The notes: a model not told the origin generated them from the sequence alone. DNA of 64,000 nt from Bacteroidota bacterium (GCA_963169325.1 CAUJEY010000248.1:4710-68709); one strand, 5' to 3'; shown: positions 27,635 to 39,600, counted from the stretch's first letter. Made by a program: numbers and translations.

Positions 27635-28312
27635 TTAAAATACATACATTGCCTGAAACGCCAGAAAATGCTCATTGAGCGAATTGGCATAATTCGTACC
27701 GGGCTTGCCGGGGGAGTACAGCCGGTTGAGCGCCCGATGGTAGCGAACCGTAAACGCAACGTGTTGGGAGGCATAAAAACTGGCCCCGATCAAAAAACAA
27801 AAACTGTTGGAATTCAAATCCGGCAGCGCAGCGGTAATGCCGTTGAACTCGAGATTATTTTTGTAACCCAGCAGTCGGGCGTAGGAAAGCCCGGCATTGA
27901 AATGTACGCGGTAATAATCCGGTTTGTCCGAATCCTGGTTCGCGGGCCAGTCGTGGTAATGCCATTGAAACGGCACTTCCACATAGTTGAGGGTAGTACT
28001 GAATTCGGGAAAGCTTTTCGGCTGGTGCCGGGCGCCGCGCTGCGTAAACAACAGTTCGACGCTGACGTCCTGCTTTTCCTGAATCATCACAATACCGCGC
28101 AAGCCGCCCTGCAAACCAACTTTGTGGTATCCCGCAGACTGGTCGCCATCAATTTGCGACGCCGTGAGGCCCGCGATCAGACCCGCCTTGAACCGCTGCT
28201 GACTACGTTGTGCCTGAAGAGCCGCCGGGGCCATGGCCACCCATAAAAGTAAAAAAAGAAGTGCCGGAAACAGACGCCCGGAATAACAAGGGATGTGGTT
28301 GTGCATGCGCAT
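27635..28312 (-). CDS. Outer-membrane beta-barrel (PorT/porin-family) protein
   Basis: Signal peptide, alternating-strand pattern, C-terminal ...FQAMYVF. Confidence 0.6.
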   Translation of the reverse strand: MRMHNHIPCYSGRLFPALLFLLLWVAMAPAALQAQRSQQRFKAGLIAGLTASQIDGDQSAGYHKVGLQGGLRGIVMIQEKQDVSVELLFTQRGARHQPKSFPEFSTTLNYVEVPFQWHYHDWPANQDSDKPDYYRVHFNAGLSYARLLGYKNNLEFNGITAALPDLNSNSFCFLIGASFYASQHVAFTVRYHRALNRLYSPGKPGTNYANSLNEHFLAFQAMYVF

Positions 28313-28378
28313 AGTGCTAATTTTTAGATACTTTTGCGCGGCCCTGATGAGGCCGGCTGCGGCGAAGATAACCTGCTT

Positions 28379-28651
28379 ATGCGCTACACTACAACTACAT
28401 TAAAAAAACTGGAAGACGTATTCAGCGAATTGGACTACTCCGTTCGTTATGAAAAAGGCAGCTTCCAAAGCGGTTATTGTATCGTGGAATCGCGTAAAAT
28501 TGCCGTGGTGAACAAATTTTTCGACACCGAAGCCCGTATCAACTGCCTGCTCGATATCCTGAACAAACTCGAATACGACCCCGAACTACTCTCGGAAAAA
28601 TCGCGCGACTTGGTCGGAAAATGGCAAAAACAGCAGGATGACAATGAATAA
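28379..28651 (+). CDS. Small conserved hypothetical protein
   Basis: ATG at 28379 (MRYTTTTLKKLEDVF...). Coding-like composition. Confidence 0.5.
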   Translation: MRYTTTTLKKLEDVFSELDYSVRYEKGSFQSGYCIVESRKIAVVNKFFDTEARINCLLDILNKLEYDPELLSEKSRDLVGKWQKQQDDNE

Positions 28652-28670
28652 TCCAAAATCGTAAATCTCC

Positions 28671-29432
28671 TTGAAACTCACCTTGCTCGGTACCGGAACT
28701 TCACAGGGCGTGCCCGTCATCGGATGCGAATGCCAGGTATGCACTTCCGATGATCCGCGCGACAACCGGCTGCGTACCGCCGCGTTGTTCCAACACGACG
28801 ACACAAATATCCTGATCGATACCGGTCCCGACTTGCGGCAGCAGATGCTGCGCACCGGCGTGCGCCACCTCGACGCAATTCTGCTCACCCACGAACACAA
28901 CGACCACGTCATCGGGCTCGACGACATCCGGCCGTTCAATTTCCGCTCCGGACATCCCATATCCGTGTACGCCCAACCCCGCGTGGCCGCCGATGTGCGC
29001 CGGCGCTTTGCATACATCTTCGGCGAACCCATTCCCGGCCTGCCCAGCATCAACCTGCATACCATCGACGAGCATACCCCACTGCTTATCGGCGGCCTGC
29101 TTATTCAGCCCATCGGTATCCTGCACGGGCAATTGCCCATCCTGGGTTTCCGCATAGGTGCCATGAGCTACCTGACGGATGTAAAATCAATATCGCCGGA
29201 AGAAATCGCCAAAATTGCCGGCACGCGTTTTCTGGTCGTCAATGCCCTGCGACACCGCCCCCACCCTACCCACTTCAACCTGGAAGAAGCCCTTGCACTC
29301 ATCGAAACGATCGGGCCCGAGCATGCCTGGATCACCCATATCAGCCACGAAATGGGCCTGGCAGCCGATATCGAAGCACAACTGCCTCCTGGCGTGTCGC
29401 TCGGATATGACGGATTGGAAATTGACTGGTAG
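28671..29432 (+). CDS. MBL-fold metallo-hydrolase
   Basis: LLGTGTSQGVP and THEHNDHVIGLDD (HxHxDH) motifs. TTG start as in the ORF track. Confidence 0.8.
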   Translation: MKLTLLGTGTSQGVPVIGCECQVCTSDDPRDNRLRTAALFQHDDTNILIDTGPDLRQQMLRTGVRHLDAILLTHEHNDHVIGLDDIRPFNFRSGHPISVYAQPRVAADVRRRFAYIFGEPIPGLPSINLHTIDEHTPLLIGGLLIQPIGILHGQLPILGFRIGAMSYLTDVKSISPEEIAKIAGTRFLVVNALRHRPHPTHFNLEEALALIETIGPEHAWITHISHEMGLAADIEAQLPPGVSLGYDGLEIDW

Positions 29433-29441
29433 AACATGCTC

Positions 29442-30704
29442 TTACCGTTTCGACGGATTCCCGATCCGGACATCCTCCTCCCGCTCCAGGTTCATCGTCG
29501 GCGTTCCGTTGAAAATATCCACCGTACCTTCAAAACAGACTACCTGGTATTCCAACTCCAGTTTCGGATCGTAACTGAAATTGACCAGGTCTTTTTTGCG
29601 GATAAAAACCGAAAATATCTGGTTGGGAAATTGTTTATCCAAATTTAGCCAAAGATTTCCGGTCCGGCTGTACCGGCTGCCGACCACCTTTCCGCAAACA
29701 GAAATTCGCTCGCCTTTGCCCGCATAGCGGGTTGCTACGATGGTGTTGAAATGATTGGGCGGCAAATCCGGCTGTACCAGCGGCTCCGCATCACCTTTCG
29801 CCAATGTCGGCAGCCAGACCGCCTTGTCGATCTTATTTTCCAGCGCGGCTTCCCGTTCATCGTCGAGGCGGTTAAAAAAATCGAGCCCGGTGATACGTTC
29901 CACCTCATCCACCGAAACGGCGTAGTGTTCGATGGGATAAGTCAAAGCGGCATTCGGCATCACGAAACCAATGCTCCGGCCATTGGCCATATCCAGCGCT
30001 ACCTTGTAATAAAATCGCGGAATGGCAACCCGGTTCACGCCCCGTTCGATCACGGGCAAACTGTCTTCCAGTACCGGCCCGGTCACCACGTACAACTGTG
30101 TTTGGGGGTGATTTGTGATATAATCGCGCAGGATCGATTCCAGTTCCGCCCATTTTCCCCGGTTGAATTCGGCGCGCTGGGGCGACATATTGGAATAAAA
30201 ATAGGACTCGGAAAGCGCTTTGGCCGACCAGCGAAAATCGGCCGAGGGGGCCAGGTGCCCGCGGTCGTATCCGAAACCGTCGTACTCCCAAATGCTGTCC
30301 GGTTTCATTTTTTTGAGAAAATAATCCGCTTCGGTGGCGCTACCGGTCGTCACTTTCGGATCGGGCCGGAAGTCGTTGCTGCGAGATACCGTCCCTGAAG
30401 CGATGTCCGGCAAAATAATATGCGCCACCCAGCGTGCCTGCTCGTGCGGTTCTGAATACTCCAGCGCCATGGCGCTATGTTGGATAAAGTGCGCCGACGG
30501 CAGGCCGATCGCCTCCAAATCACGTTGCACCATCCGGAGTTTGATCTCCTCCAACTGTCCGTTGAGTTGCGTTTTTTGCTGGTCGATCTGCGTGAGTTGC
30601 GTTTCGATACGTTGTTGTTCGCCTTCCAGCGTTTGGGTTGATGCCGTCGGGGAAAAGAAAAATAAGAACGGTAGTGGCCAGAACCACAAGGCAGTTTTTT
30701 TCAT
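29442..30704 (-). CDS. DNA/RNA non-specific endonuclease (NucA/EndoG-type), secreted
   Basis: Signal peptide, N-terminal coiled coil, YDRGHLAPSADF catalytic motif. Confidence 0.8.
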   Translation of the reverse strand: MKKTALWFWPLPFLFFFSPTASTQTLEGEQQRIETQLTQIDQQKTQLNGQLEEIKLRMVQRDLEAIGLPSAHFIQHSAMALEYSEPHEQARWVAHIILPDIASGTVSRSNDFRPDPKVTTGSATEADYFLKKMKPDSIWEYDGFGYDRGHLAPSADFRWSAKALSESYFYSNMSPQRAEFNRGKWAELESILRDYITNHPQTQLYVVTGPVLEDSLPVIERGVNRVAIPRFYYKVALDMANGRSIGFVMPNAALTYPIEHYAVSVDEVERITGLDFFNRLDDEREAALENKIDKAVWLPTLAKGDAEPLVQPDLPPNHFNTIVATRYAGKGERISVCGKVVGSRYSRTGNLWLNLDKQFPNQIFSVFIRKKDLVNFSYDPKLELEYQVVCFEGTVDIFNGTPTMNLEREEDVRIGNPSKR

Positions 30705-30869
30705 AGGCGAAAGATAAGGCGCTTATGTTGAGTGAAAAACTACAACGCCGGCATCAAGTTTGCCGGCGTTGCGGAGAAGCGGGAAATATCACCCCAAATT
30801 AGTTAAGGCTGCCCCTTGGGGCATTGAATTGTCCCACTTCCCGTTCAATGTCATATATTCGCCCGCCTT

Positions 30870-32081
30870 ATGTATTTTCGTTATTCGACCCTCCATTTTT
30901 GCGTATTGTTTTTCATCGCCCTGGTTGCCGTCTGCACCAGCGCCTGCACTAACGCTACTTCCAGTACAACAGCCCAAGCGCCGCCCCCGCCGGCGGCCCT
31001 GCGCGATCCGAACATCCGGGCGCTGATCGACGATTATGACCGTTTTTTTGCAGACTCTATGCAACTGACGCAAACGCCGGGCGCTGCCGTCGTGATCGTA
31101 AAAGACAGTAGCATTATTTTTCAGCGTGGATACGGCGTAAAACGCGCCGGCAGTGCCGATTCCGTGGATGCCAACACCGTTTTTCGCATCGGCTCCCTGT
31201 CCAAAGGTTTTGCCGGCGTACTCACCGGCATCCTGGTGCAAGAGGGAAAACTGCGTTGGGACGACCGTGTGGTCCGGTATGTCCCCGAATTCGCCTTGTC
31301 GTCGCCCGGCCAGACCCGGGACATTTCGCTGGCGCATCTGTTGTCGCACACCACCGGTTTGCCCTATCATGCCTACACGAATATGATCGAAGCGGGTTAT
31401 GACCTGCGCGATATCGCCGCAATGTTCGGCCGCCTGCCACTGCACGGAAAAGCCGGCGAAATATACAGTTATCAGAATGCCGCTTTCAGCCTGGCCGGCG
31501 AAGCCATCCGGGTCGCCACGGGTAAAACCTACCCGCAGACACTGACGGAAAAAATCTTCCGGCCGGCCGGCATGACTAACGCTTCTGCCGATTGGATCAG
31601 CATCCGCCGGAACCAGAACAAAGCCATGCCGCACAATTTCACCTACGCGGGCTGGATTCCCGATACCATTACCACCCGGTTTTACAACGCCGCACCGGCC
31701 GGCGGCGTCAATGCCAGTATCAACGACATGGGGCAATGGCTCCGGGTATTGCTGGGACACCGGACCGATATCGTATCGGAGTCAACCCTGAACGAGGTAT
31801 TCCGGCCGGTAGTCCGCACCTATAAAGAACGCCGGTATTTCCGCGCCTGGCCGGCCCCCAAAGAGGCGTACTACGCCCATGGCTGGCGGGTATTGGTCAG
31901 CGGATCCGATACGATTGTTTGCCACGGCGGCGCCGTCAATGGTTTTCGCGGCGAAATTGCGATCGACCGGAAGAACGGCATTGCGATCTGCGCCCTGTTT
32001 AATGCCGCCACGGATATGCCGGGACTGTGCATTCCGGCTTTTTTTGAGCGATACCGGAAGGTGATGGCGGCGCAAAAATGA
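30870..32081 (+). CDS. Serine hydrolase / class C beta-lactamase-family lipoprotein
   Basis: FRIGSLSKGF (SxxK), YSYQN (YxN), HGG near the C-terminus. Confidence 0.8.
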   Translation: MYFRYSTLHFCVLFFIALVAVCTSACTNATSSTTAQAPPPPAALRDPNIRALIDDYDRFFADSMQLTQTPGAAVVIVKDSSIIFQRGYGVKRAGSADSVDANTVFRIGSLSKGFAGVLTGILVQEGKLRWDDRVVRYVPEFALSSPGQTRDISLAHLLSHTTGLPYHAYTNMIEAGYDLRDIAAMFGRLPLHGKAGEIYSYQNAAFSLAGEAIRVATGKTYPQTLTEKIFRPAGMTNASADWISIRRNQNKAMPHNFTYAGWIPDTITTRFYNAAPAGGVNASINDMGQWLRVLLGHRTDIVSESTLNEVFRPVVRTYKERRYFRAWPAPKEAYYAHGWRVLVSGSDTIVCHGGAVNGFRGEIAIDRKNGIAICALFNAATDMPGLCIPAFFERYRKVMAAQK

Positions 32082-32251
32082 ATTTATTCCTTCATTAAAT
32101 CTTTCAACGCAGCAACATTGGCCGCTTCTTCAAAGATGGCAATTTGTCCGAATTTTTCCAAAAACGCGCCCCTTGCCTGCTACTACCCAAAAAAAAGCGC
32201 CTACTTTGGTGGGGATCATTGTAACCCGGCGTTGCCAAATTATCCTCTGTT

Positions 32252-32920
32252 ATGCGCCTTTTTTCGGCCCTGTTTTTCTTTATAATGTTGGCAAAAACGG
32301 CCTTTGGCCAAACGTTCTTCCCAACACCCGCTCCTCTGCTGGAACAGGAGGTGGCGCCGGAATTAGCCAATGAATGTTTTATTTTTTTTGAAAACCCGGG
32401 CGGCGACACCCTGCGCCTGAAATGGCGCAAAGTAGAAATCAGTTTTCCGGAAGATTGGACCGTCGACCTGTGCGACTACGGTACCTGCTACACAGGCATT
32501 CCAGCCCAGGGGCTGATGAATGCCGCTTTCGATACCGTCCAGCCTTACCTGAAACTCGTGGTGCAACCCGGTACGACGCCCGGTTCCGGCTGGCTCTGGT
32601 TCCGGGTATTCGAAGAGAACAACCCGGATAATTTCGCCGATGTTTTTTTTAGTTTACATACACCCGGCGTAACTGCCACAAACGACGGCGCCCTGTCCGT
32701 CTTGCGCATTTTCCCCAATCCGGCAACAGACGTTTTGTTTTTAGAAAACCCGGTGGGCAGCCCCGTACCGGCCCGGCTATACGATGCCGCCGGTGGGCTG
32801 AAATGGCAAGGCGTATTGCCGCCGGGAGAACGCGCCACACTGCCCCTGAACACCTGGCCTGCCGGCCCTTATCTTTTACAAACCCCCGGAAAAACCCGGG
32901 TAATCCTGCATACAAACTGA
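32252..32920 (+). CDS. Small T9SS-sorted protein of unknown function
   Basis: Signal peptide. C-terminal RIFPNPATDVLFLEN sorting-domain signature. Confidence 0.65.
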   Translation: MRLFSALFFFIMLAKTAFGQTFFPTPAPLLEQEVAPELANECFIFFENPGGDTLRLKWRKVEISFPEDWTVDLCDYGTCYTGIPAQGLMNAAFDTVQPYLKLVVQPGTTPGSGWLWFRVFEENNPDNFADVFFSLHTPGVTATNDGALSVLRIFPNPATDVLFLENPVGSPVPARLYDAAGGLKWQGVLPPGERATLPLNTWPAGPYLLQTPGKTRVILHTN

Positions 32921-32933
32921 ATACTCCTGTCTT

Positions 32934-35900
32934 ATGATAAAAAATCTGATTGTCCTTTTGTTCGGCTGTTTGTCCGTAACGGCCCTGATTTCACAAAACC
33001 GCAGCGAATCGCGCCTGCAAGTACTCAGCAGTGGCAGCGCCGAAACCGTGTTACGCCTCCACTTATCGGGCGTAAACAGAACGGCGGTGCAAACGCCAAA
33101 TGGTCCGGCCGAACTCATCGGCATCGGGCAGGGCACACCGCTGCTGGAAAAAGGCGCCCCCGACGTGCCCAAATACGCCGCAGCCCTCCAGATTCCCGGT
33201 CAGGGCAACATGGCCGTTGAAATTATGAGCGCCGAATTCGACGATTACCCCGGCGTGGAAATCGCCCCCTCTAAAGGCAATCTCAAACGCACCGTCAATC
33301 CCGCCGACATCCCCTTCGAATACGGCCCGGCGTACCAACGCGATGCATTTTTCCCCGGTATGCTGGCTGATTTACAAACGCCGTTCCTCTTGCGCGACAC
33401 CCGGGGCCAGGCGCTCTGGATGTTCCCGGTACAATACAACCCGGTGCAAAAAGTGATGCGGGTATATCGTTCCATCACCCTGCGCGTATATCCTGCAGGC
33501 GGCACGGGCGTCAACGAAAACACGGGAAGCGCCCCGGAAAGCCGGGCTTTCCGCCAACTGCAAAACCGTTTTTTTGTAAATACCTTGCCCAGGGTGGAAA
33601 GCCGGGGCGGCGGCCAGAATGAGCCGGACAAAATGCTGGTGATTGCACGGGATAATTTACTGGAAGAACTGGAGCCTTTGGTGGCCTGGAAACGCCAGAT
33701 GGGCATCCACACGACCGTGGTGCCATTGTCGAAAATCGGCTCATCGGAGTCATCGGCGATTTATGATTTTGTAAAAAACTATTACGCCGAAAACGGCATT
33801 ACGTACCTGCTCCTGGTAGGTGATGAAGACGCGATTGAGCCCGAAATGCGGCAGGACGGCGATTTTTACTCCTGCGACAACTGTTTCGGCTACATGTCGG
33901 GCGACGACCATTTCCCGGAAATACTGGTCGGGCGGCTGCACGCCGGCTCACCGGAGCAGATGCGGATCATGGTAAACCGCAACCTCGAATACGAAAAATA
34001 TCCACTGACGGATTCAACCGCCAACTGGTGCGCCACCGGCATGGCATCCTGCTCCAACGAGGGCATGGGTATTGGCGACGACAACCAGGCCGACTGGCAG
34101 CATGGCAATGAGTGGAAAACCACACACCTTGCCGACGGGTATGAACAATACTGGGAATTTTACGACGGCTCGCACGGCGCCGACTCCCCTACTCCGGGCG
34201 ACCAAACCGCAGATCAGGACGGCAATCCTAGCAACAGCCCTTTGGTGGACCTGATGAATACCCGGGGTGTTTCGATTTATAATTATACCGGCCACGGCTG
34301 GGAGCAAGGGCTGGTCAGCGGCAATTTCAATACGGATGCCGTGGCCAATTTGCGCAACCACCACCGCTATCCTGTTATTGTTGCCGTAGCCTGTTGCGCC
34401 GGCAATTTCACCAACGGCGAATGCCTGGGCGAAGCCTGGCAACGCGCCGGCGACTCCGGCACCGGCGAAGCCTGGGGGGGTATCGCCGGCTTTTTTTCCA
34501 GTGATTATCAAAGCTGGAGCCCGCCCATGGAAGGCCAGGACGGCATGAACCAATACCTCGCCGATGCCGATGGTATCAACCTCTCCCCCACCCTATGCGG
34601 GATGCTGGCATACGGCAACGCTAAAATGATTGCTGCCTACGGCAATGCCGGGGAATTGATGGCCGACTTTTGGAACCCTTTCGCCGAGCCGGCCACGGTG
34701 CCGCGCACCCGCCTGCCACAGGCGCTTTCCGCTTCGCACACCGGCTCCATTCCGTTCGAAACCACCAGTCTCACCGTAGATTGTCCGGTGGAGGGCGCGC
34801 TGGTCAGTTTGTACTGGCAGAACCAAACCTGGGCGGTGGCAACCGTGGAAAACGGCATTGCCACCCTCGAATTTGAACAATTAAACAATATCGGGGCGCT
34901 TACCGTAACCGTCTCGCAATTCAATTACATACCCTATCAGGGCGATATCACGATTGAGCCCGCCACGCAGCCCATTGTAGTCGCACAACGAATTGAACTG
35001 GACGACGCCGGCAACGGCAACAACAATCAAAAAGCGGATTTTGGGGAATCCGTCGCTTTGCTGGCCCACTTACAAAACGTCGGCACGGGCCTGGCCACCG
35101 GGATCGTCGCCACGCTCAGCACGACCGACCCGTATATTACCCTGGCTACCGCTCCTTTCCCGGCAAACGACCTGAACGGCGCCGATTCCGCTACCGCGAT
35201 TTTCCCGATGATCATCAGCGATGCGGTTCCAAACGGGCATTCGGCTGAATTTACCTTGACGGTAACCTACGACAACGGCGCAACCATCACGACAACCACA
35301 AGTCTCCCAATAAATGCCCCGGCATTGGAAGTAGGCGCCTGGACGATCGACGATTCGGCCAACGGCAACGGCAACAAACGTCTCGAAAGTGGTGAAACGG
35401 CAGTACTCCGCATTGCCAATCGCAACAGCGGTGGCAGCGACAGTCCGGACGCAATGGGCATTTTGACTTCTCTTTCACCGCACCTCACCGTTAGCGCTGC
35501 CACACCCTTGGGTGTGCTGAGTGCCGCGACCGGGCAAAATGAAGCCGTTTTTCTACTGACGGTTGCCCCCAATGCCCCCCAAAGTGTCTTGGCAACCCTG
35601 CACTACCAGGTGCAGGCGGGCCAGTACGGCGCAGAAAAGGAAATAACCCCGCTTATGGTCAATCCGATTGTCGAGACATTTGAGACAAACAACTTTTCCA
35701 GTTTCCCCTGGCAAATGTCGGGCAACAAACCCTGGCAAATGACCAGTACTAATCCATACTCCGGCTTTTATTGTTCGCGCTCCGGCGCTATTACGCATAG
35801 CCAAAAGTCTGTGATGGACCTTCACCTGTTGGTATCGGCAGATGGTGTGGTTTCCTTTGCCCGGCGGGTGAGCAGCGAGCCTGATTTCGATCGGCTGCGC

Positions 35901-36374
35901 TTTCTGATAGATGATGTGGAAATGGGCGCCTGGAGCGGCAATGTGCCCTGGGGTGAAGTCCTCTTCCCCGTAACGCCGGGGCAACACAAACTCACCTGGA
36001 GTTACGAAAAAGACGACCTGGTGTCTGACGGCACCGACCGCGCCTGGGTAGACAATATTATACTGCCGCCACACCAGATTGTAGTACAAACGGAAACAGC
36101 CCTATCGATTTCAGATTTCACCGCGAATGCCGCGCCTAATCCCACAACGGGCATCTTTACCCTGCGGTTGGATTTGCCGGAAGAACAAGTACTCGGTATC
36201 CGGGTGTTCGATTACCTGGGCCGGACGGTACAAACCATTTTGACGCCCGGACGTGTTTCAGCCGGCCGCCAGGAATATAACGTTGATTTAGGCAGAAATG
36301 CGCCAGGGCTGTATTTATTGGAGATACAGGGAGAGCGAAACCGGACGGCAATGCGTATAGTACGCACAAATTAA
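32934..36374 (+). CDS. Peptidase C25 (gingipain-like) family protein with T9SS sorting domain
   Basis: NYTGHGWEQG (His) and VAVACCAGNF (Cys) catalytic-dyad context. C-terminal sorting domain. Confidence 0.75.
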   Translation: MIKNLIVLLFGCLSVTALISQNRSESRLQVLSSGSAETVLRLHLSGVNRTAVQTPNGPAELIGIGQGTPLLEKGAPDVPKYAAALQIPGQGNMAVEIMSAEFDDYPGVEIAPSKGNLKRTVNPADIPFEYGPAYQRDAFFPGMLADLQTPFLLRDTRGQALWMFPVQYNPVQKVMRVYRSITLRVYPAGGTGVNENTGSAPESRAFRQLQNRFFVNTLPRVESRGGGQNEPDKMLVIARDNLLEELEPLVAWKRQMGIHTTVVPLSKIGSSESSAIYDFVKNYYAENGITYLLLVGDEDAIEPEMRQDGDFYSCDNCFGYMSGDDHFPEILVGRLHAGSPEQMRIMVNRNLEYEKYPLTDSTANWCATGMASCSNEGMGIGDDNQADWQHGNEWKTTHLADGYEQYWEFYDGSHGADSPTPGDQTADQDGNPSNSPLVDLMNTRGVSIYNYTGHGWEQGLVSGNFNTDAVANLRNHHRYPVIVAVACCAGNFTNGECLGEAWQRAGDSGTGEAWGGIAGFFSSDYQSWSPPMEGQDGMNQYLADADGINLSPTLCGMLAYGNAKMIAAYGNAGELMADFWNPFAEPATVPRTRLPQALSASHTGSIPFETTSLTVDCPVEGALVSLYWQNQTWAVATVENGIATLEFEQLNNIGALTVTVSQFNYIPYQGDITIEPATQPIVVAQRIELDDAGNGNNNQKADFGESVALLAHLQNVGTGLATGIVATLSTTDPYITLATAPFPANDLNGADSATAIFPMIISDAVPNGHSAEFTLTVTYDNGATITTTTSLPINAPALEVGAWTIDDSANGNGNKRLESGETAVLRIANRNSGGSDSPDAMGILTSLSPHLTVSAATPLGVLSAATGQNEAVFLLTVAPNAPQSVLATLHYQVQAGQYGAEKEITPLMVNPIVETFETNNFSSFPWQMSGNKPWQMTSTNPYSGFYCSRSGAITHSQKSVMDLHLLVSADGVVSFARRVSSEPDFDRLRFLIDDVEMGAWSGNVPWGEVLFPVTPGQHKLTWSYEKDDLVSDGTDRAWVDNIILPPHQIVVQTETALSISDFTANAAPNPTTGIFTLRLDLPEEQVLGIRVFDYLGRTVQTILTPGRVSAGRQEYNVDLGRNAPGLYLLEIQGERNRTAMRIVRTN

Positions 36375-36629
36375 ATTTCAATTAAAATTTCTTTTTACAG
36401 AAATAGAACCCACTATGGGGTACAGAAATTTTATCTTCCTGTTTTGTATTGAAAACCAATAGATTAATATAAAAAATAAGAACCTTCCACTTTGTTTTTC
36501 CGGCAATTGAGCAGTACTAAAATGCACACTGAAAGTTGAACAAAAAAATAATTGAAAATAAATTTCAAAAACTGTTGCACAGAAAGAATTTTTGATTCAT
36601 CTTTGAGCATTGGTTTTTTGGGGTTTATT

Positions 36630-36668
36630 AGCCGCTGGCGAGCGCAAGCTTCGCTGGCGGTTTTTTTA
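36630..36668 (+). terminator. Candidate Rho-independent terminator
   Basis: Imperfect GC-rich stem CCGCTGGCGAGC / GCTTCGCTGGCGG followed by TTTTTTTA. Confidence 0.3.
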
Positions 36669-36685
36669 TGCCTGTTTGTATCTTC

Positions 36686-39600
36686 TTACACTACCTCCAC
36701 CTTCGCCCCCCGTTCCGCCGACTCTATGGCGGTGATCGGCAGTTCCACAAAAAAGTCGGTGCCTTCGTTTTCCCGTGTTTCGAAGCGGATATTACCATCC
36801 AGGGCTTCGATGATTTTACGGCAAATTGCCAAACCGAGGCCGCTACCGGAAGTTTTGGTGGTGAAGTTCGGCTCAAAAACCCGTTTTTGAATTTCCGGCG
36901 GGATGCCGCCGCCGTTGTCGCTGATCTGGACGACGGCATGTTGATTGACCCGGTACATAGAGACCTGAATATCGCCCTTCCGGTCGGAAGGAATAGCCTG
37001 TATGGCGTTGATAATTAAGTTATTGAATACCCGGATCAGGTGGTTTTTATCACCGGCAATATGATAGCGGTCCGGCGCAATCCGCAGGTTCAGGCTGACT
37101 TCTTTTTGCTCGCTGAACAGGTCGTACACACTTTCCACCACGTCGTTCAGCACCATGTCGTGTTTTTGCTGAATATCGAGGTTGGCAAACATGGAAAATT
37201 CGGAGGCGATTTGGGCCAGTGAGTCGATTTGTTCGATCAGGCGGGTAATCGCTTTTTTCAGGTATGCGGCTGCCTGGGCAGGATCGTTGGATACCCGCTC
37301 CAATTGCTGCATCGACAATTTCATCGTTGTCAGCGGGTTTTTTATGTCGTGTGCGACCTGTCGTGCCATTTCCCGCCAGGCACTTTCGCGCTCCAGGCGA
37401 ATGAGTTGGGATTTGGATTCTTCCAGTTTTTCCACCATCCGGTTATACTCGTCGATGAGCGTACTGAGCTCGTCCTGGGCGTCTCCCTGATATTCCAGTG
37501 GCAGGTTTTTGTCTTCCAACTGGAATTGTTTTATTTTTTCAGAAATTAACTGCACCGGCCGGATAATAGAGCGCGATAACAGGAAAGACACCGAGTAGGC
37601 AATCAGCAGCAGAAATACGTATATACTCGCCAGCATACCGATGAAGTCGGACACCTCCGGACCAATTTGGCGTTCAGACAGGTAATAGGGTACGCCCAGA
37701 AAACCAAGCAACTGATTCTGGTTGTTGCGCAGCGAAAGGTATCTGCCGGAGAATTCCACGCCGGCCACTTGTTCGGACACGACAGCTTCTGTTTGGCCCT
37801 CCCGACTGAGCATAGCCAGGGCTTCAGGACTCATTTTTCCGGGTAAAACACCCAGCCGCGCCAGGTCTTCCTGTGTGGAAAAGAGCAGGATGCCGTCGGG
37901 TGAAAACAAATTGACATCGGTAGAAAGGCTGGCTGCCAGCGTTGCAACAGTTTCCGGCATCTTGCGACGAAGACTGTCGGAAGCAGGGCTCAAGCCGCCC
38001 ATTTGGGTGCGGAGATGTGTGAGCAAGGCCTCGGCGCGGTAATCCAGGTTGGCGCGTTCGGCATTTTCCGCGGTGTGGTTGAAGTGCCGGTATGTTAACC
38101 AGCCGATACTGATAAAAGCCACCCCGATCAGCGCGACGTTGCTGTAGTGAATCCGTTTTGCCAGCGACCCCGTGGTGGAAAAATTAAACTGGTAATATTC
38201 GGGTAAAAAGTGCAGATAGGTGTTGAGCAGCGCCAGCGTAAAAATGAACAAACTGGTCAGGGCAAACAGCACGGCGAACAGGTACAGCTGTTTAATCCAG
38301 CTCCCTAACGGACGTCCAACAGCGGCAGTCGTGTTACCGTCCGCGCTTTTATACACGGCACTTACCTGGCGTGGAGCCTCGGTGATCAGTTCGACGCCTT
38401 GGCCGTTCGGCAATGTTTTTTGGAAAACAACCTGGTTGCCATGCCCCTGATCGACCACCAGTTTGCCGTTTTTCAGGACGGCAAAATCGTATTGCGACAG
38501 CCGGTCGAGGTTTTTGTAGGGCAAATGATAAAACACCTCGGAATACACCCGGGTAGGTTGCGGGTACTGGTGATCGAAAAAACAATACACCTCGGCCGGT
38601 TGCGTGGGGTCGCTCATGCGCAGGGCCTGGATTTTGATCATGTACCGGAAAATACCTTCCGCATCCGTCCCGTACCGGATATCAGGCGCATCGGGCAGCG
38701 GAGCTCCGCGCTCCCAGTTTTCCGACACAACAAAATCACGCCCCTTCGCCTGATCCTGGGGCAATATCAGTCCCTCTGAATCAAAAGCATATACACCAAG
38801 CCGATAGTTTTGAAACAGGTACCGTTCCGGAAAAATTAATTCGTTCAGGTGTGCGCGAAGTTCGCTCGTTTGAGGTTTAAATGGCCAGGGTTTCAGCAAG
38901 TTGTTCAGTTGCGTATCACGGCGTATTTGCGCCAGCACTTTTTTTATTTGCACCTCGGCCAGCGCCGTATCCCGGTCGGCTGCCAAAGACTGGGCATAAG
39001 AAAGCCTCAAGCCACTGTCTTTCAAATTATTGTAACGATAAAGCAACAGAGCCGACGACAGGGAGAAAAACAATAACCACAACACAACACCGCCAAAACC
39101 CGGTGTTTTCCAATCCGTAAAAAAATCGAAAGCGGCGACGTACACCAGTGCAAATGCGGCGACATAGAGCGGCGAAACCTGGAGATGATCCTGATAGCCC
39201 AGGCAAACCAGGTAGAGTAACAACCCGGACACCCCAATGCCGGCAGCCCGGGAGGCAAGCGGCAAGGCCATACGTTGGGTGGTCATCAGCAGCCGGTGGC
39301 CGAATAAAAACAAGGCAATCAGCAGCAGTATAATTCCGGCAAATGCCAGGGCACTAAAACTGTCGAAATTGAGCAGGTTATCGAAGTCGAAGTTGATCGA
39401 AGAATGAAAAACCAGTTGCCGGTATACCTCAACTCCCACTAACAAACTCAACATGGTAAGCAGGTAATACACCGAAGCCAGCGCCAGACGCACCGGCGCC
39501 GGGAAATGATTCAGTTCGCCGGTTTGGAATCCGCGATGAAAAAACACCATGAGCCACAACAGCAGCGCCAGATGCAGCAGCCAGTCGCCCAAAGAATTTC

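Noticed and set aside
36552-37018. 112-aa and 116-aa plus-strand ORFs at the 3' end of the kinase gene
   Set aside because: They are antisense to the clear HATPase domain of the 36686-40435 kinase and begin in non-coding AT-rich DNA.
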